This document shows positions 29,551-40,333 of a stretch of DNA of 64,000 nucleotides, one piece after another. The notes below the pieces were generated by a model. It was not told the origin of the DNA. It saw only the letters and a program-made list of their open reading frames with translations, and ran no database searches. Every line of letters starts with the position of its first letter. Position 1 is the first letter of the stretch. Origin of the DNA: Phycisphaeraceae bacterium (GTDB taxonomy: Bacteria > Planctomycetota > Phycisphaerae > Phycisphaerales > Phycisphaeraceae); contig OY771506.1 in the NCBI GenBank assembly GCA_963674705.1, forward strand, positions 2,848,001 through 2,912,000, read 5' to 3'. Both the position numbers and the translations under genes were made by a program.

Positions 29551-30780
29551 TCAAACCGCAACCATCGTGCTGACTTGCTTGGGCATGATGACCTCTTGGG
29601 TCCATTCCGCTCGCTGCTTGTACCACTGTTCCAGGCTGTGACGGACGCCTGCCTCCCGGGCCGCATGCGACAATGACTTGAGTCTTGCAGGCTCTTGATA
29701 GAGCCGCCCCAGCTCAACCGCAGCCGCCTCTGTGTCACCGATCTCCACCAGGCGGCCCATTTGATCGCTGTCTACCCGGTATTCAAGGAACGGAATCTTA
29801 CTGCCAACCAGCGGCAGGCCCGCGGCCATCGTGTCGTAGAGCATCCGGGGCGTGTCTTCCTCGGTCGGCATGAACAGCAGCAGATCGTATTCCGCCAGCT
29901 TGCTCAGGAACGTATTGTCATACCTGACAAAGCCGTGGAAGATCACTCGATCCGCGATGCCTAAAGACTGGGCTTGGGCTATAAGTATTGTTTGCTCAGG
30001 TCCCGAGCCATAAAGATGATACTCCACGGGCACACCGTGCTTGTTTGCCTTCGCTACCGCCGCGATCGCATCATTTAAGCCTTTACGCGCAACAAACCGC
30101 CCGGCATAGACGGCTCTCAGTGGCCGACCAGGACCAAGCTGTTTAAGTCGTGTGCTCAACTGCTCGACACTGATCACGTCCGCCTCTTGATGCATTGAGT
30201 GGCAGAACGACTCGATCCGTTTTGCGTACTGCGCATAGCGATCGTAAACAAGTCCCTGTTTGAAAAAACAGATATCCGCTTCGCCGGCAGTCTTGCGGAG
30301 CATCCGATCGAACATGGCACAATACAGCTTGCCCTTGACTCCGGTCTGTGTCACGTGCGGGTCCATGTCCGGTCCGTGCAAGACGGTTGGGATGTTCGCT
30401 TTGACTGCGGCCTGATGCGCCTGATACCACATCGGCCTAAACGCTTCGCCCGCTGAGCAGTGCACGACTTTTGCTTTATCAAACGTGCTTTGCAGATCGG
30501 CTACCCATTGTTTGCCTTGCGCCCGCCAGTAGTCTCTCGTCCGGCATCGCAAATCGAACGACGCCACCACGTCTATGCCGTCATCCCGGCCGATCTCGTC
30601 CAGTTGCATCACACTTGCATCCGCCTCCGACCTGGGCAGGGAGGGCGTGACTAAAGTCAGGCCGCCATAGGCTTCGGCCAGCCAATCCCGCACCAGCAGC
30701 AGGTCCTGTTTCCACGAGACGTCCGTGTAGTAGCGGCCATCTTCTACATAAGTCGGGATGTGGATTGGCAGCACATACAT
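29551..30780 (-). CDS. Glycosyltransferase family 4 (GT-B)
   Basis: YAGRFVARKG, GSGP, EDTPRMLYDTMAAGLPLVGS motifs. Start estimated. Confidence 0.85.
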   Translation of the reverse strand: MYVLPIHIPTYVEDGRYYTDVSWKQDLLLVRDWLAEAYGGLTLVTPSLPRSEADASVMQLDEIGRDDGIDVVASFDLRCRTRDYWRAQGKQWVADLQSTFDKAKVVHCSAGEAFRPMWYQAHQAAVKANIPTVLHGPDMDPHVTQTGVKGKLYCAMFDRMLRKTAGEADICFFKQGLVYDRYAQYAKRIESFCHSMHQEADVISVEQLSTRLKQLGPGRPLRAVYAGRFVARKGLNDAIAAVAKANKHGVPVEYHLYGSGPEQTILIAQAQSLGIADRVIFHGFVRYDNTFLSKLAEYDLLLFMPTEEDTPRMLYDTMAAGLPLVGSKIPFLEYRVDSDQMGRLVEIGDTEAAAVELGRLYQEPARLKSLSHAAREAGVRHSLEQWYKQRAEWTQEVIMPKQVSTMVAV

Positions 30781-30975
30781 GGTGGCTAATCGTGGTCTTG
30801 GTTCTTGGAGTATCTCGGTACAAGGCCAAGAGCCCGTAGTACGGTTCGTATTGTTGTTAAGTAATCCCTCGACGGGCGGATTATATGAACCTGATCCATA
30901 CAAAACAACGATAATTTTTGATTTGTTGAATCAGGCGTATGGAATTGGTCAGCGCAAGCAAGTCGCGCTGTTTTT

Positions 30976-31749
30976 TTAAGCTTGTCTTAAGACAAAGGCG
31001 TCGTATTGTTCGGGCGTGTCGATGCCGTGGTGGCGGACACGCGTCTGGATGATCAGGATCTTGTAGCCATGCTCCAGTGCGCGGAGTTGTTCGAGTTTTT
31101 CTGCTTCTTCCAGTGGGGTGGGGGGCAGGGTGACGTACTTCAACAGGAAGTCGCGGCGGTAGGCGTACAAGCCCGGATGCTTGAGGTAGGCTTGAGACTT
31201 GAGGCCTGAGGCTTGTGTATCACGATAGTAGGGGATGAGGCTGCGAGAGAAGTACATCGCGTGGCCGTGCTGGTCGACGATGAGCTTGACGATGTTGGGA
31301 TTGCTTGGGTCTTCGTCATCGGCAAACGGGCTGGCGAGTGTCGCCATCGGCGCGTCCGGGTCGTCGGCCAGGCCCTGCACGAGCTGATCGATCACGCCGG
31401 GCTCGATCTCGGGTTCATCACCCTGAACATTGACTATGAGGCTTGAGGGATGAAGCTTGAGGGGTGAGGCATCAAGCTGTTCGACCGCCTCGGCAAGTCG
31501 GCTCGTTCCATTAGGATGATCTTCCCGGGTCATGACCGCTTCACCGCCGAAGCCGATCACCGCGTCGTAGATACGTTGATCGTCCGTCGCCACGATAGTC
31601 CGGCTGATCGTTTCAGCCTTACGGACCTGCTCAACAACGTGCTGTATCAGTGGTTTCCCGGTCTTGTCTGCCAGCGGTTTACCGGGGAATCGGGTCGAGC
31701 CGTAGCGTGCTGGGATGATGGCGATGGCTTGCATGGCTTTAGCCGTCAC
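30976..31749 (-). CDS. kdsB: 3-deoxy-manno-octulosonate cytidylyltransferase
   Basis: IIPARYGSTRFPGKPL, NVQGDEP, YFSRSLIP, EKLEQLRALEHG and GIDTPE motifs. Confidence 0.96.
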   Translation of the reverse strand: MTAKAMQAIAIIPARYGSTRFPGKPLADKTGKPLIQHVVEQVRKAETISRTIVATDDQRIYDAVIGFGGEAVMTREDHPNGTSRLAEAVEQLDASPLKLHPSSLIVNVQGDEPEIEPGVIDQLVQGLADDPDAPMATLASPFADDEDPSNPNIVKLIVDQHGHAMYFSRSLIPYYRDTQASGLKSQAYLKHPGLYAYRRDFLLKYVTLPPTPLEEAEKLEQLRALEHGYKILIIQTRVRHHGIDTPEQYDAFVLRQA

Positions 31750-33277
31750 CGTTCTTAAGCTGCTCGATCAGTTGCTTAATCTCTTCCATGCGCTCGCGGA
31801 TGTCTCGGTAATTGATGTCGGCCTGGAAGATGCCCGAAGCAATCTGCTGTGCTTCTTTTGCATGCTCAATGTCATTGTTCTTACGGGCGAGCTTGATATG
31901 CGCGTCCATCTTCAGGTAACGCAGTTCCAATGCGAGACGATCATCGGGGATCTTGTGTGCATCAATGCCCTGGGCAAGGGTATCGACGGCCTCTTCAAGA
32001 TATTCCTTGTTGATGTAGCAGCGGCCTAGGAATTCGTGTGACATTGCACGGCGTTTTGGATCGGCCTTGGCTTGCTGGAACGCGCCGATCGCGTCGTCAT
32101 ATTTACCCGCTGCATACAAGCGTCGGCCAAGCTCGTAACGCAGACCCATGTCCGTCGGATAGTTCTTGCAGCGGTCGGTGAATTCCTGAAGCTCGAACAG
32201 CAACTGTTTCTGCTTGCCCGCCTGGAACTTCTGGATGAGTTCCTGGTTCTGCGGCTCCTTGTCGATCTTGGCCTTGATCTGACGCAACACCCGGTTGAAC
32301 TGTTTCATCTGGATGTCGCCCATCCGCACGCGGTGGCGGTACTGGCCCGTCTCTTCCCAGCTCTTCTTCAGCAGCTCGATCGCTTCTTTTTCGGTTTCGG
32401 CACTTTCGCGAGCGACCAGTGCGTCGACCAGCTTCTGCATGCGGTTGACGTCGCTTGGGTCTTCTTCATACTCCGCCCGGCGGCGTGCAATGATCTCGTC
32501 GCCGGCGCTACCGCTCTTACGCAACTGCAATTCCTGCTGGATCGCTGCCTGGGCATCGCTGTCCTTGAGGTTCTTACGGAAGCCACCTTCTCCCTCAGAA
32601 TGGTAGTGTTTCTCCGCCATCATCTGCTCGGCCTGAAGGTCTTTCAGCTCGCTGAGCAGCTTGCTGTCGTTGGGGCTTAAAGCGGCGGCTCTCCGGCAGG
32701 CTTCAACCGCCTTGTCATACCGGTTCAACCTGACGAACAGGTCCTTGGCCTGGATGTACTTCTTGGGGCTGGGCTTCTTCTGCTGGCTGATCATCGGCAC
32801 CCAGATCTCGCCCACCCAGAACGCGACATCGCCCAAGCCAAGCTCATCGTCGATTTCGTCAAATGCATCAACGGCCGCCTTGAACACATCCCCGGCCAAT
32901 CCCTCATCCAGCGGATTCTTCGCCCAGAGCTTCTCGGCATGCAGCATCTTGTCCACCGGCGTATTCCCAGAACGCTTCATCCGTTCACCCATGCCGGCCG
33001 GCTTCCCACCACTGACCTTCCGACGCTTGGCGACCTCGTACAGCGCCTCGTGTTGCTTCAGGTTGCCCGGGTCGTACTTCAGACCGCTGATGTACAGGTC
33101 CACTGAGTAGTCGTAGTTGCTGGCGTTGGCTGTGGTTTCGGCATGCTCGAAGAAACGACGGGCCTTGCGGGGATCGGTCTTGTATGAGACGCCGCCCTCA
33201 CCGTTATCGCCACCGTCGCCGTTACCGCCGCCGTCGTCTTTGCCTTTACCACCTTTGAACTTATCGAGAAAACTCAA
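31739..33277 (-). CDS. Tetratricopeptide-repeat protein
   Basis: Helical TPR-like repeats (YELGRRLY...AIGAFQQA, LGRCY); overlaps the kdsB start. Confidence 0.8.
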   Translation of the reverse strand: MSFLDKFKGGKGKDDGGGNGDGGDNGEGGVSYKTDPRKARRFFEHAETTANASNYDYSVDLYISGLKYDPGNLKQHEALYEVAKRRKVSGGKPAGMGERMKRSGNTPVDKMLHAEKLWAKNPLDEGLAGDVFKAAVDAFDEIDDELGLGDVAFWVGEIWVPMISQQKKPSPKKYIQAKDLFVRLNRYDKAVEACRRAAALSPNDSKLLSELKDLQAEQMMAEKHYHSEGEGGFRKNLKDSDAQAAIQQELQLRKSGSAGDEIIARRRAEYEEDPSDVNRMQKLVDALVARESAETEKEAIELLKKSWEETGQYRHRVRMGDIQMKQFNRVLRQIKAKIDKEPQNQELIQKFQAGKQKQLLFELQEFTDRCKNYPTDMGLRYELGRRLYAAGKYDDAIGAFQQAKADPKRRAMSHEFLGRCYINKEYLEEAVDTLAQGIDAHKIPDDRLALELRYLKMDAHIKLARKNNDIEHAKEAQQIASGIFQADINYRDIRERMEEIKQLIEQLKNGDG

Positions 33278-33497
33278 AGCTATGCTCTCAGAGGGGTTGT
33301 GGGATTATTTACTCGGGATATTTAATTGTAGTAAAACCAACGCGATCTGACCATCCGCACCCCCTGAAAACCCGTATCCGGCTTGCCCGGATGTATCCAC
33401 GGGTTTAAGGTGGCGGATTACGGACCCTTGGGCCCAAACACACTGATACTATCGGTCTCTACATGGCCGGCCAGACCAGAATCACAGGACGAATTTC

Positions 33498-34286
33498 ATG
33501 ATTCAAGTAGCAATCAACGGGGCAGCGGGGCGGATGGGAAGGCGATTGGTCGCCCTGGCCGGGGCGGACCCGCAGCTGGAACTGGTCGCCGCCTTGGAGC
33601 ACGACGGCTGTGATCTATTGGGCCAGGATGCCGGCCGCGTCGCGGGGGAGGCCGAGGCCGGGGTGGCGATCACGACCACGCTCGATGCCAAGCCCGATGT
33701 CATGATCGACTTCAGTGTTCAGCCTGCGGTTCAGGCCGCCGTCAGGCTCTGCGTCGATCGCGGCATCGCCCTGGTCTGTGGCACGACCGGCCTGACCGAC
33801 GCCGATGAACAAGCCCTCCAGGCCGCCAGCCAAACGATCCCCGTCCTGCAGGCCCCGAACATGAGCCTCGGCGTGAACCTCCTGTTTGCGCTCGTCGGCA
33901 AGGTCGCCAAGCAACTCGGTGACGACTACGACATCGAGGTCGTCGAGGCCCATCACCGATTCAAGCAGGACGCACCCTCGGGCACGGCCATGGGCCTGGT
34001 CAAGTCCATCTGCAACGCGACCGGCAAGGACATCAACAAAGACGTTAAGCACGGCCGATCCGGCATGGACCCGCGCAAGCCCGGTGAGATCGGCGTGCAC
34101 GCCCTGCGGCTCGGCGACGAAGTCGGCCGTCACACGGTATCATTCGCCACACTCGGTGAAGAAGTTCAGCTCTCGCACAAAGCCTCGACACGTGACACGT
34201 TTGTCAAAGGGGCACTCAGAGCCGCCATATGGCTGGCCGGGAAGCCCGCCGGACGTTACGGTATGAGCGACGTGCTGGGGCTATGA
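33498..34286 (+). CDS. dapB: 4-hydroxy-tetrahydrodipicolinate reductase
   Basis: GAAGRMG, GTTG, APNMSLGVN and EAHHRFKQDAPSGTA motifs. Confidence 0.96.
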   Translation: MIQVAINGAAGRMGRRLVALAGADPQLELVAALEHDGCDLLGQDAGRVAGEAEAGVAITTTLDAKPDVMIDFSVQPAVQAAVRLCVDRGIALVCGTTGLTDADEQALQAASQTIPVLQAPNMSLGVNLLFALVGKVAKQLGDDYDIEVVEAHHRFKQDAPSGTAMGLVKSICNATGKDINKDVKHGRSGMDPRKPGEIGVHALRLGDEVGRHTVSFATLGEEVQLSHKASTRDTFVKGALRAAIWLAGKPAGRYGMSDVLGL

Positions 34287-34371
34287 TGGGTTTTCCGGTG
34301 TTGTCCAGGACCCGCTTGCCGCGCCGTCATTATCAATACGATCACAAGCGCGTAATGAAAGGTACTATCAC

Positions 34372-35409
34372 ATGAGCACACAAACACAAACCGCCGTCAA
34401 GGCTGGTGTCAGCTATGAAACCGGTACGGGCCTGATCCGCCGGTTCATGGAATCCAACTACCTGCACTTCAACAGCCGGGAAGTGGTCGCCGCTGCCAAG
34501 GGATATGAAGCCCACATCAACGCAGGCGGCAAGATGCTTGTCTCTCTGGCCGGCGCGATGAGCACCGCCCGCCTCGGTAAGACACTCGCCCGTATGATCC
34601 GTGATGACAAGGTCCACGCGATTTCCTGCACCGGTGCGAACCTGGAAGAAGACCTCTTTGTGTTGCTGGCCGGCGCCGAATACGAACACTGCCAGGACTG
34701 GCAGGCATTGACCGCCGAGGATGAACAGGCCCTCTACGACCGCGGCATGAACCGTGTGACGGACACTTGCATCCCCGAAACCGTCATGCGTCACCTGGAA
34801 AGCCGGCTGATCAAGCAATGGAAGTCCGCCTGTGACGCCGGCATCCGTCGATTCCCCTCGGAATTCCTTTACGAAATCATCCGTAGCGGTGAATTGGAAG
34901 AGCATTACCAGCTCGATCCCAAAGACTCATGGATGCTTGCGGCCTGTGAAAAGAATATCCCTGTGTTTACCCCCGGTTGGGAAGACTCGACCACCGGCAA
35001 CATCTTCGCCGCCAACGTCATGAAAGGCACGGTCCCGAATCATCAATGCGTCAAGAGCGGCACCGAGCAGATGCAGGCCTTGGCCGAGTGGTACATCAAG
35101 AATATGGCGGGCGCCCATGCCGACTCTCCCAGCGTCGGTTTCTTCCAGATCGGCGGCGGCATCGCGGGCGACTTCGCCATCTGCGCTGTGCCCATGATGA
35201 TCCAGGACCTGAAGATGGAAGACACACGCTTCTGGGGCTACTTCTGCCAGACCTCCGATGCTTGCACCAGCTACGGCGGGTACTCCGGCGCGGTGCCCAA
35301 CGAAAAAATCACCTGGGGCAAGCTCGAAGTCGACACGCCCAAGTTCATGATCGAGTCCGACGCCACGATCGTCGCGCCCTTGATCTTTGCGTATGTGCTG
35401 GGCGACTGA
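34372..35409 (+). CDS. Deoxyhypusine synthase-family protein (probable homospermidine synthase-like)
   Basis: LAGAMST, CTGANLEED, IGGGIAGD and SYGGYSGAVPNEKITWGKL motifs. Confidence 0.88.
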   Translation: MSTQTQTAVKAGVSYETGTGLIRRFMESNYLHFNSREVVAAAKGYEAHINAGGKMLVSLAGAMSTARLGKTLARMIRDDKVHAISCTGANLEEDLFVLLAGAEYEHCQDWQALTAEDEQALYDRGMNRVTDTCIPETVMRHLESRLIKQWKSACDAGIRRFPSEFLYEIIRSGELEEHYQLDPKDSWMLAACEKNIPVFTPGWEDSTTGNIFAANVMKGTVPNHQCVKSGTEQMQALAEWYIKNMAGAHADSPSVGFFQIGGGIAGDFAICAVPMMIQDLKMEDTRFWGYFCQTSDACTSYGGYSGAVPNEKITWGKLEVDTPKFMIESDATIVAPLIFAYVLGD

Positions 35410-35456
35410 ACGCGCGTGCTTTCGATGCGTGCAAAGTTGTAATCGATGAACAGAAT

Positions 35457-35489
35457 AAACAACCCTCGGTGTTACCCGAGGGTTGTTTT
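35457..35489. terminator. Bidirectional Rho-independent terminator
   Basis: aaacaaccctcgg...ccgagggttgtttt between convergent genes. Confidence 0.85.
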
Positions 35490-35521
35490 GTGAATGCGCC
35501 AATTTGCATGCGCCGTATTGG

Positions 35522-37170
35522 CTAAGCCGCCTGTGCAGCATGTTCGTCAATCTTGAATTGACTGACGATCCGTAGCAACTGTTCGGACTTGCTGCTGAGC
35601 TGAGCCGACGCACTGGCGGATTGGTTGGCGCCTTCCGCCGCCTGACTGGTCACCGCATTGATCGATTCGATACTACGGCTGATCTCTTCACTCGCCGCGG
35701 ACTGTTGTTCGGCTGTGGCGGCGATCGATCGGATCATATCCGCAACCACTTGTGAACTAGCCACGATCTCTCTGAGGCTGTCACCGGCTTCCTTCGCCTG
35801 TGTGACACCCAGGCCCACCTGCTCGGTCCCCGCGTTCATGCGGTTCACCGCTTCCGTCGTTTCGGTTTGAATAGCGCTGATCGATTCGCCTATCTCTTCG
35901 GTCGCTTTCGTGGTGCGGTCTGCCAGCTTACGCACTTCATCGGCGACCACCGCAAACCCGCGCCCGTGTTCACCGGCACGCGCCGCTTCGATCGCGGCAT
36001 TCAGTGCCAGCAGGTTCGTCTGATCGGCGATGTCGTTGATCACATCGATGATCTGACCGATTTGCTCGCCTCGCTTGCCCAGTTCCGAAACACTTGCGGC
36101 ACTGGCGTTCACCGCTTCACTGATCGCGCTCATGCCTTTGATCGTTTCTTCCACAACATGGCCGCCTCGCGTTGCGACCTCGCCCGCCTGATTGGCGTTG
36201 TCCGCCGCTTCCATGCTCTTGTGGGTCACTTCGCTCACACTGGCGGACATCTCCTCCATCGCCGAACTGATCTGGGCGATCTGCGATGACTGCTCCGTCA
36301 TCCCCGTCGCCATCTCCTCGCTGGCGGCCGCGATCTGGGTGGACGCGCCCGCGACTTCCCGTGATCCCTGTGCGATTTCAACAATGATGTTGTGGACCTT
36401 GGCGACAAAAATGTTGAACCACGTCCCCAACTCACCCAGTTCATCATGCCGGTCCTGGTCGACACGCTGGGTCAGGTCGCCTTCACCTTCCGCGATATCC
36501 CTCAGACGTAGCACAATATTACGGATCGGACCAACGACGGAACGTGTGATCAGTAAGCCGATCCCGATCGCCAGAATCGAAGCTACGCCGAACAAGATCA
36601 AGGACATGCTCGACATCTGGGCAAGACTCGACTCAACCGCATCGCTCTTCTTGCTGGCTTCGGTCTCCAACTCGCCACGAATGCCGTTAAGTTCATTTTG
36701 CACCGTCTGTAGGTACTTCGGCGTTTGCTCCAGGAAGATCGTCTCGGCTTTCGAACGGTCCTCGCTGCTACCCGTTTGACACAACACATCTATCTGCTCT
36801 GCGGACTGATGCAGGCGATTGTGCTCAGGCACGATATCCTCCAGGTGCTCTGCGATCTCGCATACTCACCCGAAAGTTGCTTGGCGTCTTCGCTGCTCAG
36901 CCATTTACCCAGCCCGCATTGCGTGGGGTCAAGCTGAACCTCGACACGATCTTTTTTGTATGCAAAGGTTCCATTTAGGCCGTCGAGCCACTTGTAGTGG
37001 TCAACTACTTTTTCAACCATGAACTTCGAATCACTTTGCAACCGCTGCGCGTCATGCTCAGCGGTCTTGACCTCCGCCATCAGGTACCGGTTCACCCCGT
37101 AACTGACACCCATAAGAACAATAACCACACCAAATCCAATCGATAGTTTTCGACCAATCGTCAAACGCAT
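35522..37170 (-). pseudogene. Methyl-accepting chemotaxis protein (TM1-CZB-TM2-HAMP-MA) interrupted by a one-base frameshift near 36860
   Basis: ORF 36790..37170 has TM1 and the first half of a CZB domain. ORF 35522..36832 has the rest, HAMP and [34 protein letters not shown]. Confidence 0.8.
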
Positions 37171-37702
37171 GGCGTTTGCCTCCTAGTCCCCCTTGTTTGA
37201 TGTAACCCCAATGTCTGAAAATGCCCAGGCATTGCCCATTATTCATAAACATCAAGTGTGCAGCCCAACACACACTTTGACAGCATTACCTTGCAAGCCG
37301 CAAGTAACTGTCCTGCTGAACTATCGTGTCTTAATAAGACACGGTTAACCTGAATATGGGTATAAACACCCATTTTTGTTTCTTGAAGAAAATGTGGGGC
37401 CGATAAAGCAACTTTGCTTTATTCATATAACCCGAAACGGCGTTCTACGAGCATCATTCTTCTCAGGCCTTTGGGGTCCGTCACCCTTTTCGTCTCTCCT
37501 ATTACCGAGCCGCCCCTGATAGCGACTTCACCCACCAGGTTGACGCTGCCCGTGGCGGCGCCGATCTTTGCGTGACTACCATCACGCTTGCCGGCATCTC
37601 TCTGATCGCTGGGAAGGCTTGACTGTGTGCTTGATCACGCCGGTTTTCCCGCTGATACGCCCACTTGTGCCAAATCCGATTATCTTCGCTATACTCTCGC
37701 AC

Positions 37703-38828
37703 ATGGCTGAACAGACACTTACCATCGAAAGCGTTCCTTCCATGCTGAAGGAGCTCGAGGCGCGGGTGGAAAGCATCCGCGACTCTCTTTAACTGCGACC
37801 AGAAACAGGCCCGGCTCAAAGAACTGGAAGCCCTGATGGGCGACCCCGGTTTCTGGGACAACCCCGACAAAGCAAACGAAGTCGTCGCCGAACTCAAGAC
37901 GGTCAAGGCTATCGTCGGGCCCATCGCCGCCGCCACGCAGCGGGTCGAGGACGCCGTGCTGCTGTTGGAAATGGCCCAGGAGGCCGACGATGCCGACACC
38001 AAGAACGAAGTCCTTGTAGAAGCAAAGAAGCTCGAGGCCGAGATGGATCGCCTCGAAACGCTCTCGCTCCTGTCCGGTAAGTACGATCCGCGCAACTGTT
38101 ATCTGTCCATCTACTCCCGTGAAGGCGGCACCGAAGCCCAGGACTGGACAGAAATGCTCCTGCGCATGTTCATCTATTATTGTGAGAACATGGGCTGGGA
38201 CGTCTCCGAGGTCGATAAGACCTACGGCGAAGAAGCCGGCCTCAAGGATGTCACCCTCTACATTAAGGGCCCGATGGCCTACGGCTACCTCTCGTGCGAA
38301 CGTGGCACCCATCGCCTGGCACGCGTCTCACCTTTCAACGCCCAAGGCAAACGTCAGACAAGCTTCGCTGCCGTCGACGTCGTACCCGAGTTCCCCGACA
38401 CCGGCGGCGTCGAGATCGACGACAAAGACCTGGACGTCGTCAACTTCGCACGCTCTTCAGGCCCCGGCGGGCAGAACGTCAACAAGGTCGCGACAGCCGT
38501 ACGCATTACGCACTTACCGACCGGTATCCAGATCGTCAGCTCCACCCACAAATCCCAGGAGCAGAACCGCAAGCAGTGTATGAACATCCTGCGCGGCCGA
38601 CTGGAACTGCTCGAAGAAGAAAAACGCGCTGCCGAAATGGACGCCGCCACCGGTGGCAAACTCGACATGGGCTGGGGCACACAGATCCGCTCCTACGTCT
38701 TCTACGACAACCGCGTCAAAGACCACCGCACCCACTACGAACAGCCCAACCCCCAACGCGTCATGGATGGCGACCTGCAAGGCTTCATCGATGCGGAACT
38801 GAGGCGACGCAGACGTGCCAAAGGATAA
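37703..38828 (+). CDS. prfB: Peptide chain release factor 2, expressed via a +1 frameshift at 37787-37792
   Basis: SPF and GGQ motifs. The short 5' ORF ends CTT TAA C, and the +1 frame continues NCDQKQARLKELE..MGDPGFWD into the main ORF. Confidence 0.95.
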
Positions 38829-39027
38829 ATCGCACGGTTCTGTATAAACCTTTGAATTTCTTGTATTTATCGCCGGATAATGCGAAAACGCTTGACTTTT
38901 GTGATCATCGGATGAGACAATCCGGTAAGGCTGTTCCTATCGCCGGGTAAATCAATGGGTACTGCGATAGGGGGGGTGATTCAGTCGTTTTTGTACCTGT
39001 TCATTCGATCCATTTCGAGGAGGCGTT

Positions 39028-40134
39028 ATGAAACGATTCTTCCCGTCGGTCGCATGTCTTGTTTCGTGTTGCGTCACGATACTACCTTGTGACAAAACGG
39101 ATGCCGCCAGCATTCAGGATATCGAGTCACTTTTTCGTCCGATCATCTCTGCCGATGGGTCGGTGGTTGTGGGCTTGTCGAAACCCGATAGTACGTTCCA
39201 AGTCACGCGCTGGACAGAGGCCGGAGGGACGGCGTATTTGGGTGATGTTACGGGGGCATACCATAATTGTTATTTGGCTACATCAGCCGATGGCTCTGTC
39301 ATTGTGGGGCGTGACGTACCCAGCTATGGTTTGGGAGGAATAATTTGGACCGAAAGCAGTGGTTTGGTACGTCTTACTGAGTACTTCCCGGATCACCCAC
39401 TGGTTCCATACGACATAACCGATGATGGCAATCTGATCGTCGGCACGGAATATGATTTTTCAGATGATGGATCCAACCAGGCATATATGGCGGAACTCGG
39501 TGGAAGTATTACCTACTTGTCTGGCTTAAACGGCGCTACATCAGCTTATCCCGAACTTGTATCGTCCGACGGCTCAGTGATTGCCGGGGCAACCTATACC
39601 GAAGACGAATCCTCGGTCGCATATGCAGGCGCACGCTGGACCGCTGACACGGGATGGGTTCCGCTCGGTGACTTGCCGGAGGATTTTTATTATGCACTGC
39701 CCAAGGCCATGTCTTCGGACGGTTCAGTTATCGTTGGATACAACTACGATTCTTCGAATCTGCAGGCTTTCCGTTGGACCGCAGACACGGGTGTGGTTGG
39801 ACTAGGTTTTGAGATTTCCGGCGGGGCGATTAATATCTCTGCGGACGGTTCGATTATCGTGGGGACCAGCGATCATGTGCCATTCATCTGGACCGCGGAT
39901 GGCGGCATGCGCTCATTGGAAGATGAACTAACCAATACCTACGGCCTCGATCTATCCGATTGGTATCTTTATTCAGCCAACGGCATATCCGCCGACGGCA
40001 TGCATATCGTTGGCACGGGCTACCATATAGGCCACACCCCCGGCGAAGGTTCCACGACCTTCCTGATTACGATCCCCGAGCCGGGAACGCTGATGTTAGT
40101 CATGACCGGGTTTGTGTGTGTATTGCGTCGATGA
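39028..40134 (+). CDS. PEP-CTERM protein with HAF-type extracellular repeats
   Basis: Repeated SADGSVIVG...AFRWT..G...LG units; IPEP-TM-RR tail; RBS gaggagg. Confidence 0.85.
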   Translation: MKRFFPSVACLVSCCVTILPCDKTDAASIQDIESLFRPIISADGSVVVGLSKPDSTFQVTRWTEAGGTAYLGDVTGAYHNCYLATSADGSVIVGRDVPSYGLGGIIWTESSGLVRLTEYFPDHPLVPYDITDDGNLIVGTEYDFSDDGSNQAYMAELGGSITYLSGLNGATSAYPELVSSDGSVIAGATYTEDESSVAYAGARWTADTGWVPLGDLPEDFYYALPKAMSSDGSVIVGYNYDSSNLQAFRWTADTGVVGLGFEISGGAINISADGSIIVGTSDHVPFIWTADGGMRSLEDELTNTYGLDLSDWYLYSANGISADGMHIVGTGYHIGHTPGEGSTTFLITIPEPGTLMLVMTGFVCVLRR

Positions 40135-40333
40135 TGAATTCCCCGAATCCCGCGGGGCGTTATTGTTCCTGAAATCTAAGTATTCAAATATCCATCACAG
40201 AAGCGACACAGATACGCAAAGGGGAAGACCAGTAGATTTACGGCAATCTAATCAATTGCGATCGTATTTCGATTGCAATTTCGTGCTCATTTTGGTTAAA
40301 TAGCGGCTCATACAATCAGGAGGAGAGAATCAT

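Noticed and set aside
29254..29738. Short ORFs over the repeat block
   Set aside because: No RBS or protein-like features; the sequence is dictated by the repeat or overlaps the GT4 gene.
36850..36870. Programmed frameshift in the chemoreceptor
   Set aside because: No slippery heptamer, homopolymer or obvious stimulatory structure at the break.
37431..37622. Open + strand frame upstream of prfB (…RLSYYRAAPDSDFTHQVDAARGGADLCVTT…)
   Set aside because: No start codon or RBS near its 5' end and no family recognised; it may be a gene remnant but is unsupported.
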